Assembly: GCA_951406725.2 (NCBI GenBank)
Contig: OX597822.1
Coordinates: forward strand, 3,410,001 to 3,474,000
DNA length: 64,000 bases
Reading direction: 5' to 3'
Origin: Octopus vulgaris
Taxonomy: Eukaryota
Of the stretch, positions 26,531 to 41,241 are shown piece by piece; position 1 is the first letter of the stretch, and each line of letters begins with the position of its first letter. The notes beneath the pieces were generated by a model, which had not been told where the DNA came from, searched no databases, and saw only the letters and a program-made list of their open reading frames with translations. A program made the translations under genes and the position numbers.

Positions 26531-27856
26531 TGTATGTATATGTAAACGTAAAATACATGCTGTTCGTGCTAAATTCGGCGATATCTTCGTTTCCTTTTCT
26601 CGGGAGCAGCCGGATATGTTGCTGAATAGTCAACCGCGTTGGAGATCATGAGGATAAAATCCTAATGGCCTCATTCAGCGCTGCACCTAGAGCAAAAATT
26701 ATATTAATGATTACCTCCAAGCCCCGGAGAGAGGTACTATGCTCATGTAAGGTTAACAGGGAGTCGATACAACAAGGAAGTCGTAGTCTATGAAGCAGAT
26801 GGAGATGAGCAGCAGCAGCAACAACAGCAGCAGTAACAGAAACAATAGCAGCAGCAACTCCAACAATGTTACGACGCACGTGGAAACACGCTGGAGCAAC
26901 AGAGGACCCTTTTATGACCAGATTAAATAAGCGCAAGTCCTTTTATATGATCCAGAGAGATGCAATGTTACGACATTAGCCAGTGATATATGGCATTTAA
27001 AAGAAGTGGTGACAACGTTGGCCTTGTATCAACAGAAGCAGGCGGTGCACACGTTGCTTGGCCGAGAAGAAAATAACCCTAAATTATTCACAAGATTTCA
27101 GTGCTTTCTCGAATTTAAAAAATAATATTTATAGTCGGTGATCCCATGCTACAACACTTGTTTTGGTAACGTGGTCTGGTGTGCCCTGTTTGCAGACAAG
27201 GGAATAAAAAAACGTACTTAGACTTATTCATTTCCGACAAAGCTGGAACCGTTCAAATATAGGTAATTTTGTCATTCCCAGGATGGATAATTTCGTTTCG
27301 AGGATGTCTTTTGGTCAAAGTATTTCTTCTATTTCCAAACTAACTAAAACTGTATTTTTAAGTCTATTTGGTAAAGTCTGTTGCACCGCGTGCAATAATA
27401 AACATGCAACACCAAGTGCAATAATTAACATGCAACAAATGGTAACTCTCTAACCGTCAATAACCATTGAAGTAATACTCGACTACATAAGATGTATATA
27501 TACATATATATGTATGTATGTATGTATATTACTTATCTCTATATATCTACATACGAACATGCATATATACATACATACGTACATACATACATACATACAT
27601 ACATACATACATACATACATACAGACAGACAGACAGACATACATACATACATACATACATACATACATACATACATACATACATACATACATACATACAT
27701 AAGAGCATATTACTGTAAACTTAGCAGAAAAATGACGGAATTTCTAACATGTACAAAGAAGTTGGATTGGAATCAACTTTATAGTATAAAATTTAAAAAC
27801 GATTAGCCTTCAGTCACAGAAGCACACAGACACGCCAATGCAAACACATACATACA

Positions 27857-27913
<57 letters not shown>

Positions 27914-27915
<2 letters not shown>

Positions 27916-27996
27916 CAAAATATTAAGGAATGACCCTGAGAAGGTCGTTCGACTCAAGAGAAGGTCGTTCTCAGGGTCATTCCTTAATATTTTGTT
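27914..27996. repeat. Perfect 29-bp inverted repeat with 25-nt spacer
   Basis: aacaaaatattaaggaatgaccctgagaa ... ttctcagggtcattccttaatattttgtt. Confidence 0.9.
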
Positions 27997-28943
27997 GAAT
28001 GTATCATATAGTCTGTGACTATTTCTATTTTCTCACTTGACCGCTGGTGACAGAAAATTTTTCTTGAATTTTTTGTTACCCTTATATTGATTGATATATA
28101 TATATATATAAACAAGTATAGATGCACGTACATACGCTTGAAATAAAATATACGTGTATATTAATTAACATTGACATAGTTACACTAATATATTGAAAAT
28201 ATTTATGCATGCTAAAATGTATACAATGTATACGAATGCTCATTGTTAAATATGTTCACGCATATAATATACAAAACTAGGCAGATACGTGTATATTAAT
28301 ATGTTTGTAATGCATGAATATATATTTCTCGATAGCTTTAGAAGCAGGAAGAAATATTATGCATAGTAATGTTAATGTAACATTGATAAACAAGACAAAA
28401 GAATAAGAGAGACGTAATAATTATTTAATGCTATAAAAGAGATATCGGTATTTAAACTATAGGATATAAATTTAATAGGTCACTGGAAATAGGGAGTGGC
28501 TTAACGTTTGGGATGTTTGTCACCCGTCAGAAAAAAAAGGAAATAGGGAATCCTAGGAGATGTTATGGACAGTTTGGAAGATGGGAGCCTAGGAAATGTT
28601 AGAAACCAGGTTGTAATCATGTCCTAGGGTCGTGTGTATAATGTGTGTCCGTGTCTGGAAGAGTGCATAAGAAAGAGTGGAGTTTGTGTGGTAGTGTGAT
28701 GCATGTATGCATACAGATGAGTACAACTGCAAAAATATAATGGCGTTGGTTAGTGTGGGCATACCGGTATGTGTGTGTGTGTGTGTTTGTGTTTGTGTTT
28801 GTGTGTGTCTGTATTTATGTGTGTCTGTGTTTGTGTGTGTGTATCCTCGAATATTTAAATCTAAATTAACAATTCTGGAATTAAATAAGACCATGACACC
28901 GTATATATATTTGCAATGCATACATACACACAGAGACATACAC

Positions 28944-29008
<65 letters not shown>

Positions 29009-29063
29009 GACAGATCGTTAGCTACTACACACATTTTTTTCTCTCCTTGTTCTTTCTGTGTAT

Positions 29064-29099
29064 CTTTCTGTAGAAGAGCGTGAGCTCGAAACGTAAAAA
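29064..29099 (+). ncRNA. Minimal hammerhead-like motif with CUGUAGA core variant (element about 29010-29190)
   Basis: ttt-CTGTAGA-a-GAGC-gtga-GCTC-GAAAC-GTA-aaa; same family as 35060-35095. Confidence 0.5.
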
Positions 29100-29499
29100 A
29101 CTTTTTCTATTCCTGAGCGTTATACTAATACATCTGTTTGTTTTGTACACCACCTGCCTTCGTCTTTTGTTTATTTTCGTAAACTTTCCCTTTATGTATA
29201 TATGTCTATATATATACGTATGTATGTATGAATGTATGTATATGTATATGTATATGTATGTAAACGTGTGTGTATATGCATTTATTTAAGTTAAATGTCA
29301 AATATTTCATTGGAAAAGTTTTGTAATGATATACTCTACTAAAAACTAATAAGTAATCCTTCGGTTTAACGTTAAATTATTTTTTTATGTAGAACTTCTC
29401 ATAAAAACACACACACACATAGACACACACACATACATACATACATACAGACAGATATACAGACAGATATACATACATATATATTTGCATATATATATT

Positions 29500-29537
<38 letters not shown>

Positions 29538-30799
29538 TTTATCTATATACGTGCATATGTGTGTGCATGAGTGTGTATTCGTGAAGGGTTAAAATGTCGA
29601 GAGTAAATCGGTACAAATGCTGATTAAGGTGGAATTAAAGTTTTAAAATTAATTGAGTATAGTTTTCCAAATCGTAATTAATATTATCTATTAGGATAAG
29701 AGATTAATGTGAAATATTATTAACCGTTAAGTATTGTATGACAATAAGAAACATGTTCTGAATGTCATTTGAGTATGAAATTTATTCGCTGAGATAACTG
29801 CATAGCTTTCAGCTGCACGGTCGTTAATCTTTTATTAATCTTTCTTGAGTACACGGCTTACTTCCCAAAGTAGAATTTCTTTTTGCCAAAAATGCTCTTG
29901 CTTCCATCATCCTTATAACGTTCGACGCTTTTGATTAGGATGTATCAGTTACCGACAACGTCGTTTGGCACAATGCAATATAAGTTGTGCTAATTGCACA
30001 TATATTGAAGGAAACCATTTTTGAAAACTTTCTACGATCGCTGTTGGGAAGCTTATGATATTGTTGAAATTAGTGAAATCATGGGGTTTAATTTAAATAA
30101 ATATTTTCAGGACCAAATTGTCCCACTTCAAGTGTGGTCATTATAAATATGGGATCTCTCTGGCATTTCATAACATGTAACATTCCACTTACTGGTAGAG
30201 AGAGAAATCTATTGTCCGTCAAGTGTTTAGTCCCACTAAATACAATTCATCTAACGCTTAACATTATTAATTCTTTGGTAGAGTCCTTTCTAACATCCAA
30301 TTCGTAAAACCCAATGACGATATGCATTGCCCCTGTAAGCAACTTATTTGCTTGAAGAAATGCATTAACTAAATTTCACTCAGTTTGTCTCTTCACTTGT
30401 CTACGAAGCATATTTTGTATTCATTCTGCTAAATACTAAACGGACGCTCGCACTAGAAGAATGTGTAAAGAGAAAAAGATTGTCTACAAAAGTATATACA
30501 AGAACATCGAAATAACACCAGACGAAACAGTGTAGTAGGCACTCCGCCTAGTACAAGTAGAAGTCTTTAGCCAAAACACAACAGTTTTTAACGTAAGAAT
30601 AGTACTTTTTCACACCTGCTCTAAAGCTGTATTCTTACGATGTAACCTTTGATGCTGGTCTGGAAAAATGGTTCTTCAATGTTTAAAACCGAAAATATTA
30701 CGTATATTTTCAACCGGAATTGGTGCAGAGACCGAATGTGTACCGTTGGCGATTTTTTTTTCCTCTGTCTTCCCTTTTCTGGATCTTTCCTTCTCCTAT

Positions 30800-30834
30800 G
30801 TTTCCGACGAAGAGCTCCGCTCGAAACGTTAAAC
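30800..30834 (+). ncRNA. Minimal hammerhead-like motif (element about 30750-30938; related pieces at 33165-33232 and 54347-54440)
   Basis: gttt-CCGACGA-a-GAGC-tcc-GCTC-GAAAC-GTT-aaac: stem I gttt/aaac, palindromic AACGTT stem III, U4-to-C core variant. Confidence 0.6.
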
Positions 30835-30990
30835 CCTCCTTCTTTCCCTCTTTCCTGAGCGTCCAATAATACTATACTTCTTCCACGTCCTCGCGTTGTT
30901 GTGTTTTTTGTACTTTCTTGGTTGGATTAACTTCATAACATATATATATATATATAGGTATATATATATATATGTGTGTATATATATGTG

Positions 30991-31045
<55 letters not shown>

Positions 31046-31186
31046 ATTTATATATATAAGTTCAGCAAAAATTTAGATTAATATGGTACTTAAGTTAAAG
31101 GCACCAGAATTTTGGTATAGTATTATCCATATAAATCAAATGGGGTGATTATAATCAAAATAAGCAACAAGGATATCAAAAGGTAG

Positions 31187-31274
31187 TGTAGTACAAACGT
31201 TTCATGCTACTTCATTTAATTAAACAATGTAAGTATTACATCAGTTTTAAAATGTAGAGCACTCTTCAGCCACA
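31187..31274 (-). ncRNA. Type I hammerhead ribozyme motif with long loop II (Penelope-like fragment about 31075-31462 with inverted partial copy)
   Basis: Minus strand tgtgg-CTGAAGA-gtgct..agcat-GAAAC-gttt-GTA-ctaca: 5-bp stem I and intact core. About 31155-31196 recurs inverted at about 31417-31460. Confidence 0.65.
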
Positions 31275-31660
31275 TATGGAATTTTAAAAATTAAATCGAC
31301 AATGTTCATCTTTATACTTATTCCATTTGCCAACATTACAACGAGGGTAGGTATATAGACAGAGAGGTGAATTTCGTCAATAAAAACATGTTTTTATTTA
31401 TTTCGTCAATAAAAAAATTGTACTACACTACCTTTGGATGTCCTTGTTGCTTATTTTGAGTATACATATACAAACATTCCAATATTTGTACTGTTAGAAT
31501 GTATATGTTTATGACCTGCTGGTTGCAACTGCTTCCACTTTTAATGATGCTTCTGCTCAGATCCAAATATATTTAAATATAAGTATAAGATTTTGCGTGT
31601 CTACACTTGTAAATTTGCATTTTAGGATACTTATATCTATGTGCAAAAATAACGCAAATA

Positions 31661-32480
31661 CGTGTGGATACCCCCAAGACCCGGAATTTTGCTATGTTAT
31701 TTCATTCAATTCGTTTCAGATGCTTACACTTTTATTGGCTCTGAAATATTCTCCATTTGAAGCAATGCATCGGTGCTAACGCCTTTTCCCCTGTTCGAAG
31801 CAGTGCTGCCTTTCAACGTCTCCGTCATTTCTTTCTTCACCCCTTCCACATCTGCAAATTCCTTAGAATCAGCTTTCATCACCAGTGATGACTTCCGAAA
31901 AAAGATCCGGATCAACTTTCAACTGTTCTTTCCGTTTACGACACGCATCCAGTCGTGACTGCTTTTGATGTCCTGTGAACAAGCGAGGCACAAATTTTGC
32001 TGCGGCTCTTTTCATTCGTAATTCCTCGCTCAGACTTCGTTGGCAGCAGCTCCAAAACACGCTCATCATAGCAACACGTTCGTCAATTTTTCAGTGACAG
32101 GTCCTCCACTATCAGTTCATGAATTTTCATATTTTTATTCGTTCGACGGTCACCCTGAACAAGGTCGGTCTTCAAGTGATAGATAATCATTACTAAAGCG
32201 TGAAAGCCATTCTTAAACTTGAGTTTTTCTCATGAGGCCTTCTGAGCTGTTTGATGCATGCCAACTGTTTCGGTCGCCGTTTTCTCCAGTAGAAAACAGA
32301 ATTTCACGGAAGCACGCTGTTCCTTTGTTTTAGCCATCGCAAAAATCGACGAAAAACGGAGAAGCACTACAAAACAATGATGCATCACGTGGCAGGACGA
32401 CCTTAGACGACAGCGTCCGTCGGCAGATTGATGCCTGAGGGTTGCATCAAGTTGCTTCTACTAGCGGCGGAAGCCCGTAT
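31661..32480 (-). mobile_element. Mariner transposon, internally deleted
   Basis: ATG at 32337: MAKTKEQRASVKFCFLLEKTATET.. (HTH), AAKFVPRLFT..EVITGDES, then a jump directly to C-terminal FADVEGVKKEMTETLKG..RCIASNGEYF; TA plus TIR-like end at 31659. Confidence 0.85.
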
Positions 32481-32489
32481 TATAATGGT

Positions 32490-32521
32490 CTTCTCCTACA
32501 AAGGATGTTTCCGGTCACTTT

Positions 32522-32563
<42 letters not shown>

Positions 32564-32595
32564 AAAGTGACCGGAAACATCCTTTGTGGGAGAAG
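32490..32595. repeat. 34-bp inverted repeat flanking a (TA)n tract
   Basis: cttctcctacaaaggatgtttccggtcacttttg-(ta)n-caaaagtgaccggaaacatcctttgtgggagaag, one mismatch. Confidence 0.9.
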
Positions 32596-32756
32596 TCCGT
32601 TGTACGCATGTATATATAATGCATATGCATATCTATACGATGCACATATATATATATATATAGTCATCGTATATAGATATGCATATGTTTCATATATACA
32701 TACGTACACACACGGATATACACACGCACAAATATGTAAAGATTCCTATGTACGAC

Positions 32757-33234
32757 ATGTATCTTTCTCTGACTGTATAAACATGCGTAGGTACTAATTT
32801 ATAGAGCATACATCTGTGTGTATGTGAGAGTGTGTGTGTGTGTTTGTCTGCCTGTGTGAGTGCGTTTGTATTTGCTTGTCTCTTATATCTGTTTACAATT
32901 CTATCATCCTCTTCGTCTCCCTCTTCCTATTTTCTTTTTGTAGCAAACTCATTCAATATTGGTCTGACATAATTTATTACCACTTGTTATTGCTTTTTTT
33001 TTATTACAACCCTCAGGCATTTTGGATACATAAAATATATTTTTTCGAATGCAACGTGTACAGGTATACACACACACAACCATATACTGGTGTGTGTATG
33101 TGTGAGTGCGAGTGGGCGTGGGCATATATATATATGTATGTATATATATATATATATAATAATAATACTATATTTGTTCCACGTCCTCGCGTTGTTTTGT
33201 GTTTTTGTGCTTTCTTGTCTGGATTAACTTTATA

Positions 33235-33318
<84 letters not shown>

Positions 33319-33406
33319 CAAACACACGCACACTCTCACATACACACAGATGTATGCTCTATAAATTAGTACCTACGCATGTTTATACGGTCAGACGAAG
33401 ATACAT
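32757..33406. repeat. About 90-bp inverted duplication (32757-32849 vs 33316-33406)
   Basis: tgactgtataaacatgcgtaggtactaatttatagagcatacatctgtgtgtatgtgagagtgtg and its near-exact reverse complement. Confidence 0.85.
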
Positions 33407-33478
33407 ATGTGTGTGTGTGTGTATAAAAGGCTGCGTGTGACTGTACATATATATATATATATATATATATACATACAT

Positions 33479-33572
<94 letters not shown>

Positions 33573-34399
33573 GCACAATCACACATAGCCTTGTATACAT
33601 AGACACACACTAACACATATATATATATAAGGAGAGAAAGAGAGAAAGAGGGGGGGGGGAAATAACTTGTTTCAACTCTCTGAACGAGATATTCAGCAAC
33701 ATTAGCGAATATTAAAGTTTCTATGCGAACTGAATGTGGTAGTCGTACAAAAGACGATGTTACTGTTGTTGTAGCCCCAGGAAAACATCTTCTCCAGCTG
33801 GCTATCGACACACAGATAGCATCTGCAAGGGAGGTCGTCGCTCCCATCTTTAGCCTTACGTGATACTCACAGACCTGGGTTCTGGGTGGTTACCACATGT
33901 GTGTGAGAGAGAGGGAGAGAAAGAGTGAGTGAGTGAGAGAGTGAGTGAGTGAGTGAAGGTGTGTATTGTCAAGTATATGTAAGTGGCACGCTCTCTCTCT
34001 CGCTCTCTCTCACAAGCAAACACTATCTTTCATATATACGTACATACATAAATACATATACATACAACTTTTTGATATGTATGTGTGAGAGAGAGATACA
34101 GAGAGAGAGAGTGAGGTATCTTTATTTGCCCTGTTTTCAATTCTCCATATTATCTCTTCTATTAAATATTAAAAACGAGAGAAAATATCACACTCTCTTT
34201 TGCAAGAGAAATTAATTTTGCCGGTAAGGCCCGAACTCCTTGTTTCACCATCACAATTAAAAAGCGATTTTATCTTTACTTAAAAAGTAAAGAATGTTGG
34301 GTTGTAGACGTATGACAGAGACTTATTCGATATTGTGTTTGTTTCTATGAGAAACGTTGACCCTTAAAGCGAAAAACCAAATCCGACGTATATGACAGG

Positions 34400-34870
<471 letters not shown>

Positions 34871-34926
34871 TATGTATGTATACATGTATACATATATATC
34901 TACATATATGTATGCATGTATGTATG

Positions 34927-34973
<47 letters not shown>

Positions 34974-35059
34974 AGTGTTTACGAAAAAAACAAAAACCGA
35001 AGACAGGTGATTTAGTCAACAAACAGATGTATTAGTATAACGCTCGAGTAGTGAAAAAT

Positions 35060-35095
35060 CTTTAACGTTTCGAGCCTACGCTCTTCCACAGAAAG
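35060..35095 (-). ncRNA. Minimal hammerhead-like motif with CUGUGGA core (element about 34971-35160)
   Basis: Minus strand cttt-CTGTGGA-a-GAGC-gtag-GCTC-GAAAC-GTT-aaag; stem I cttt/aaag. Confidence 0.55.
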
Positions 35096-35529
35096 GAACA
35101 CAGAAAGAAACATGGAGAGAAAATAAAGAATGTGTAGTGGCTAGCGATCTATCATGGCGAATATGTCGTTATTCAGTTGCACTTCAAAATGTCATGCCAA
35201 TAGAGATAAAAGGCTCTTTCAATGGAATTTCAACAACATCCACAGGGTATTTTTTTATGTATTATTCAGCTTATTTTAAGACTTCCTGTCAATAGAGGAA
35301 GAAGCGGTTACTAACCTATATCCCAGTCTCCTTCATTGGTATTTCAGCATCAACATGTATGTATGACGTATGTATGTATATATGTATGTATATACAGATT
35401 TGTATGCTTTATGTATGTATTCTCATGCATATACTTGCATATATATTTAAAAGGTAAACTTCTAGAAAGTTTTACAGATTTTTTCAGTTCCAGTGATGAA
35501 TTTCTTAAGATTGGTATTTAGGCAATATG

Positions 35530-35915
35530 TTACATATGCCAGGGCCCAAATAATTACAGGTAATAACCTGAAGTTGTAATCTGTATAAACCTGAACTTAT
35601 ACTCTGAACTTGTAATCTGCAGATTTCTCAATAGTTCAGCATAGGTGTTCTCTTTTTCACTGATCTTTTCAGCTTTATGTTAACATCCGCTGGGCAGAAA
35701 AGTACACAGTATCTATTCTCTGTCCCAAATTATTATATCAGTTCTGTCGTGCTTACATTTTATTGAGGTCTCCAGTGGAACATTCCACCAGTATTCCTTT
35801 TTTTATTATGAATGACTATGCCTTCTACCATATTGTGGGTTCTTATTTCTTTGTCCTCGGGATTATCCTCCCGACGGATTTCATTATAGAGAGTTCTACT
35901 TCCAACATCATGCCT
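35530..35915 (-). mobile_element. R4/Dong-clade REL endonuclease remnant
   Basis: Minus strand VRHDVGSRTLYNEIRRED..KCKHDRTDIIIWDRE..ISEKENTYAELLRNLQI..YKFRFI. Confidence 0.7.
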
Positions 35916-36005
35916 TACAGTTCTATATTTAAGAGATGAGGAATTGTGTACATGATTTACATTATTTGCATTTGACGGATATTTGTCCTCATATTGTTTG
36001 TTGTT

Positions 36006-36051
36006 AACACAACGTTTCGGTTGATATACCCTCCAGCCTGCTTCAGGTGTC
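36006..36051 (-). ncRNA. Degenerate minimal hammerhead motif (element about 35916-36100 abutting (ATT)n)
   Basis: Minus strand gacac-CTGAAGC-a-ggctg..caacc-GAAAC-GTT-gtgtt; A9-to-C substitution. Confidence 0.5.
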
Positions 36052-36098
36052 TTGGGGAAATTTCGAACCTTGGTTCTCATTCCTAAGGTATTTTTCGG

Positions 36099-36165
<67 letters not shown>

Positions 36166-36189
36166 GCTATTATTATTATTGTTAGAGTT

Positions 36190-36290
36190 CTGGTCACGGT
36201 TTGTAATCGAACTCGGAATCTTGGGGTTAGTAGCCCTCGTTCTTAACCACTACGCCATATGCCCACGGGCATAAGGTATAGTGGTTAAGA
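36190..36290 (-). mobile_element. tRNA-like SINE head with fold-back duplication of its 5' end
   Basis: Minus strand gggcatatggcgtagtggttaag..gagttcgatt (A and B boxes); 36241-36290 is a 24-bp-arm hairpin. Confidence 0.55.
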
Positions 36291-36801
36291 GAGAGTGTGT
36301 GTGAGAGAGAGACAGACAGACAGAGAAAGAGTGTGAGTGTGTATGTACATGTGAATATACAGAAGGACGGTGGAGAAACATACTTACATATATATATATA
36401 TATATATACATATATGCATACACACACACACACATATATATATATATACATATGTATGTATACGTATATATGCATATATACATTCATATATTCATACATA
36501 AATACATATATGTATTCATTGGTTCCATGTTAAAGAATCCCTTAACAATTGCGAAGCCTATCGCATGGATCCACTGATGCAGTGCTGAGCGCTCGTTTTC
36601 ATTGTTCGATATTTACATATATAATATTAAAAAAGTTTAAATAATTTATCATTATCTATACAAAAATAACGATAAAGTAGTCAGCAAACATTATTCAAAT
36701 AAACAAAATCTGTGTGTTCACATTTAGTGAAAGACGAGGGTTTTGGAGGATTTTAACTCCTCTTTCAAGCAAACAGGTACTTAATGTACTCTGACGTTTT
36801 T

Positions 36802-37316
<515 letters not shown>

Positions 37317-37402
37317 CATATATAGTGTATTTATAATAAACGAGAACAGGGATTTATATCCAGTTTTATTCAACAGTTAATTGCTTCTTTTCATTTCTGC
37401 AC

Positions 37403-38972
37403 GTACACATGTTTCTGCAACAACTAATGCACACTGCAGAATTTGCATCTTTACGTGCATCTGTTTGTGCGTGCGTGCGTGCGTGCGTGTATACTATTGT
37501 TATAAATAATTAAAGTTTTATCAGATGTGTAATGCAACTTCAATTCTCACCAAATGTGTAACATAATTAAAAACACAGATTTCCCGCATTGGAAGGATCC
37601 TTCTTTATAATGCAATTTTAGTTTTACTTGTTTGTGTATTGATTGAAGAAGATTAGATCATATTAAGGATGATGCGTCGGCTGTTTGCAATCCTGGGAAG
37701 GATCATCTATTGTAATGGGAACAAACACAATTCATCTTGGATATTCTAAGTAATAACATTATTACGCAGCTACATATTGATTTCGTTATATAGACCAGAA
37801 ATTTTGAGGGAGTGGATAAGTCGATTATATCGTCGCCAGTACTCAATTGGTCCCTATTTTATCGACCGTGCAATAACGAAAGACTACCTCGGTTGAATTT
37901 GAACTTTGAACGTAAAGTCGGACGAAATGCCGCTAAGCATTTTGTCCGGCGTGCTAACGATTCTGCCAGCTCACCACCCTACGCTGCTATACATTGGTTT
38001 CAAATGTTTACACAAGACCTGCATGTCCGTGGAAGGAGTAAGTCAACTACTTCGTCGCCAGTGCTCAAATGGTACTTATTTCATCGATCCAAAACTGGTG
38101 AGAGGATCAAAGTCGGCCACGATGGAATTTGAACTCAGAACATATAGACGAAAATGCCGCTAAGTATTCTGAGCAGCGTTCTAACGATTGTACCCACTCG
38201 CTATTCTACGTTGCTATATATTGGGGTTTCATAATATTTCCATATAGGCGCATGTATAGCTATGTGGTTAAGAAGTTTACTTTGCAACAACGTGGATTCA
38301 GGTTCAGTCCCAGTGTGTGGAATTTGGGCAATTTTCTCCTGCTGTAGCTCCAGCTCGTCTAATGGGTTGTGTGAGAATTTAATGGTCGGAAACTGTGTTG
38401 AAGCCAATTCTGTATGTGTGTGGATGTGTGGCGCTTTTTGTATGTTTGTCCTCCTCCACTGTTTGGCAATCATTGTTTGTTTACAACTCTGTCACCGAGC
38501 AGTTTACCAAAGGGAGACTATCGAATAAGGACCAGGTTTTAAGAAAGAAAGTACTGCGGCCGATTTGCCCAGCACGGCCTCAGTCTAATGACTGAAACAA
38601 AGAACATATAAAATATATTATATATATATGTATATGTTTAGCAGACATGGGACTCTCTCGGGGACATCATCCACAATACTGCACTGAGGACCTTTAGGAG
38701 TGGAGAAGAAAAATGGTACAAGACTGGTTTGAGGCGAGTGTGAAAGAGTTCTGTGGTCACATGGAGAAGAAGCGTGCTGCCCTGCTGAAACACAATCACC
38801 AATCCATAGGCGCAGGAGTGACTGTGTGGTAAGTAGCTTGCTAACCGACCACATGGTTCCGGGTTCAGTCCCACTGCGTGCATCTTGGGCAAGTGTCTTC
38901 TGCAATAGCCCCGGGCCGACCAATGCCTTGTGAGTGGACTTGGTAGACGGAAACTGAAAGAAGCCTGTTGTA

Positions 38973-39067
<95 letters not shown>

Positions 39068-39260
39068 TGTGTCTGTGTTTGTCCCCCTAGCATAGCTTGA
39101 CAACCGATGCTGGTGTGTTTACGTCCCTGTCACTTAGCGGTTCGGCAAAATTGACCGATAGAATAAGTACTGGGCTTACAAAGAATAATTCCCGGGGTCG
39201 ATTTGCTCACTTTGCTCCAGCATGGCCGCAGTCAAATGACTGAAACATGTAAAAGAGAGT

Positions 39261-39294
<34 letters not shown>

Positions 39295-40920
39295 AATCCA
39301 CCAGGGCAATGCGGCAAGTATTTAGATCAGCAAGGAACATCATGGTTACAACTATATGTACACATGTTTCTGCAACAACTAATGCACACTGCAGAATTTG
39401 CATCTTTACGTGCATCTGTTTGTGCGTGCGTGCGTGCGTGCGTGTATACTATTGTTATAGATAATTAAAGTTTTATCAGATGTGTAATGCAACTTCAATT
39501 CTCACCAAATGTGTAACATAATTAAAAACACAGATTTCCCGCATTGGAAGGATCCTTCTTTATAATGCAATTTTAGTTTTACTTGTTTGTGTATTGATTG
39601 AAGAAGATTAGATCATATTAAGGATGATGCGTCGGCTGTTTGCAATCCTGGGAAGGATCATCTATTGTAATGGGAACAAACACAATTCATCTTGGATATT
39701 CTAAGTAATAACATTATTACGCAGCTACATATTGATTTCGTTATATAGACCAGAAATTTTGACGGAGTGGATAAGTCGATTATATCGTCGCCAGTACTCA
39801 ACTGGTCCCTATTTTATCGACCGTGCAATAACGAAAGACTACCTCGGTTGAATTTGAACTTTGAACGTAAAGTCGGACGAAATGCCGCTAAGCATTTTGT
39901 CCGGCGTGCTAACGATTCTGCCAGCTCACCACCCTACGCTGCTATACATTGGTTTCAAATGTTTACACAAGACCTGCATGTCCGTGGAAGGAGTAAGTCA
40001 ACTACTTCGTCGCCAGTGCTCAAATGGTACTTATTTCATCGATCCAAAACTGGTGAGAAGATCAAAGTCGGCCACGATGGAATTTGAACTCAGAACATAT
40101 AGACGAAAATGCCGCTAAGTATTCTGAGCAGCGTTCTAACGATTGTACCCACTCGCTATTCTACGTTGCTATATATTGGGGTTTCATAATATTTCCATAT
40201 AGGCGCATGTATAGCTATGTGGTTAAGAAGTTTACTTTGCAACAACGTGGATTCAGGTTCAGTCCCAGTGTGTGGAATTTGGGCAATTTTCTCCTACTGT
40301 TGCTCAAGCTCGTCTAATGAGTTGTGTGAGAATTTAATGGGCGGAAACTGTGTTGAAGCCAATTGTGTATGTGTGTGGATGTGTGGCGCTTTTTGTATGT
40401 TTGTCCCCCTCCACTGTTTGGTAATCATTGTTTGTTTACAACCATGTGACCGAGCAGTTTACCAAAGGGGGACGATCGAATATGGACCAGGTTTTAAGAA
40501 AGTAAGTACTGCGGCCGATTCGCCCAGCACTGCCCCACTCTAATGACTGAAACAAAGAAAATACATTATAATATATGTATATGTTTAGCAGACATGGGAC
40601 TCTCTCAGGGACATCATCCACAATACTGCACTGAGGACCTTTAGGAGTGGAGAAGAAAAATGGTACAAGACTGGTTTGAGACGAGTGTGAAAGAGCTCTG
40701 TGGTCCCATGGACAAGAAGCGTGCTGCCCTGCTGAAATACAATAGCCAATCCATAGGCACAGGAGTGGCTGCGTGGTAGGTAGCTTGCTAACCGACCACA
40801 TGGTTCCGGGTTCAGTCCCACTGCGTTGCATCTTGGGCAAGTGTCTTCTGCTATAGCCCCGGGCCGACCAATGCCTTGTGAGTGGATTTGGTAGACGGAA
40901 ACTGAAAGAAGCCTGTCGTA

Positions 40921-40965
<45 letters not shown>

Positions 40966-40973
40966 GTGTGTGT

Positions 40974-41005
<32 letters not shown>

Positions 41006-41210
41006 TTGTGTGTCTGTGTTTGTCCCCCTAGCATAGCTTGGCAACCGATGCTGGTGTGTTTACGTCCCTGTCACTTAGCGGTTCGGCAAAAGAGACCGAT
41101 AGAATAAGTACTGGGCTTACAAAGAATAAGTCCCGGGGTCGATTTGCTCGACTAAAGGCGGTGCTCCAGCATGGCCGCAGTCAAATGACTGAAACATGTA
41201 AAAGAGAGTA

Positions 41211-41241
<31 letters not shown>

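Noticed and set aside
26550-26830. Possible maT/Tc1 transposase C-terminal remnant
   Set aside because: Only faint motif resemblance (..YEADGD), with no TIR or catalytic motif that I can support.
37812-40543. Duplicated 106-aa and 85-aa ORFs as a tandem gene pair
   Set aside because: They are translations across degenerate SINE copies within the 1955-bp duplication.
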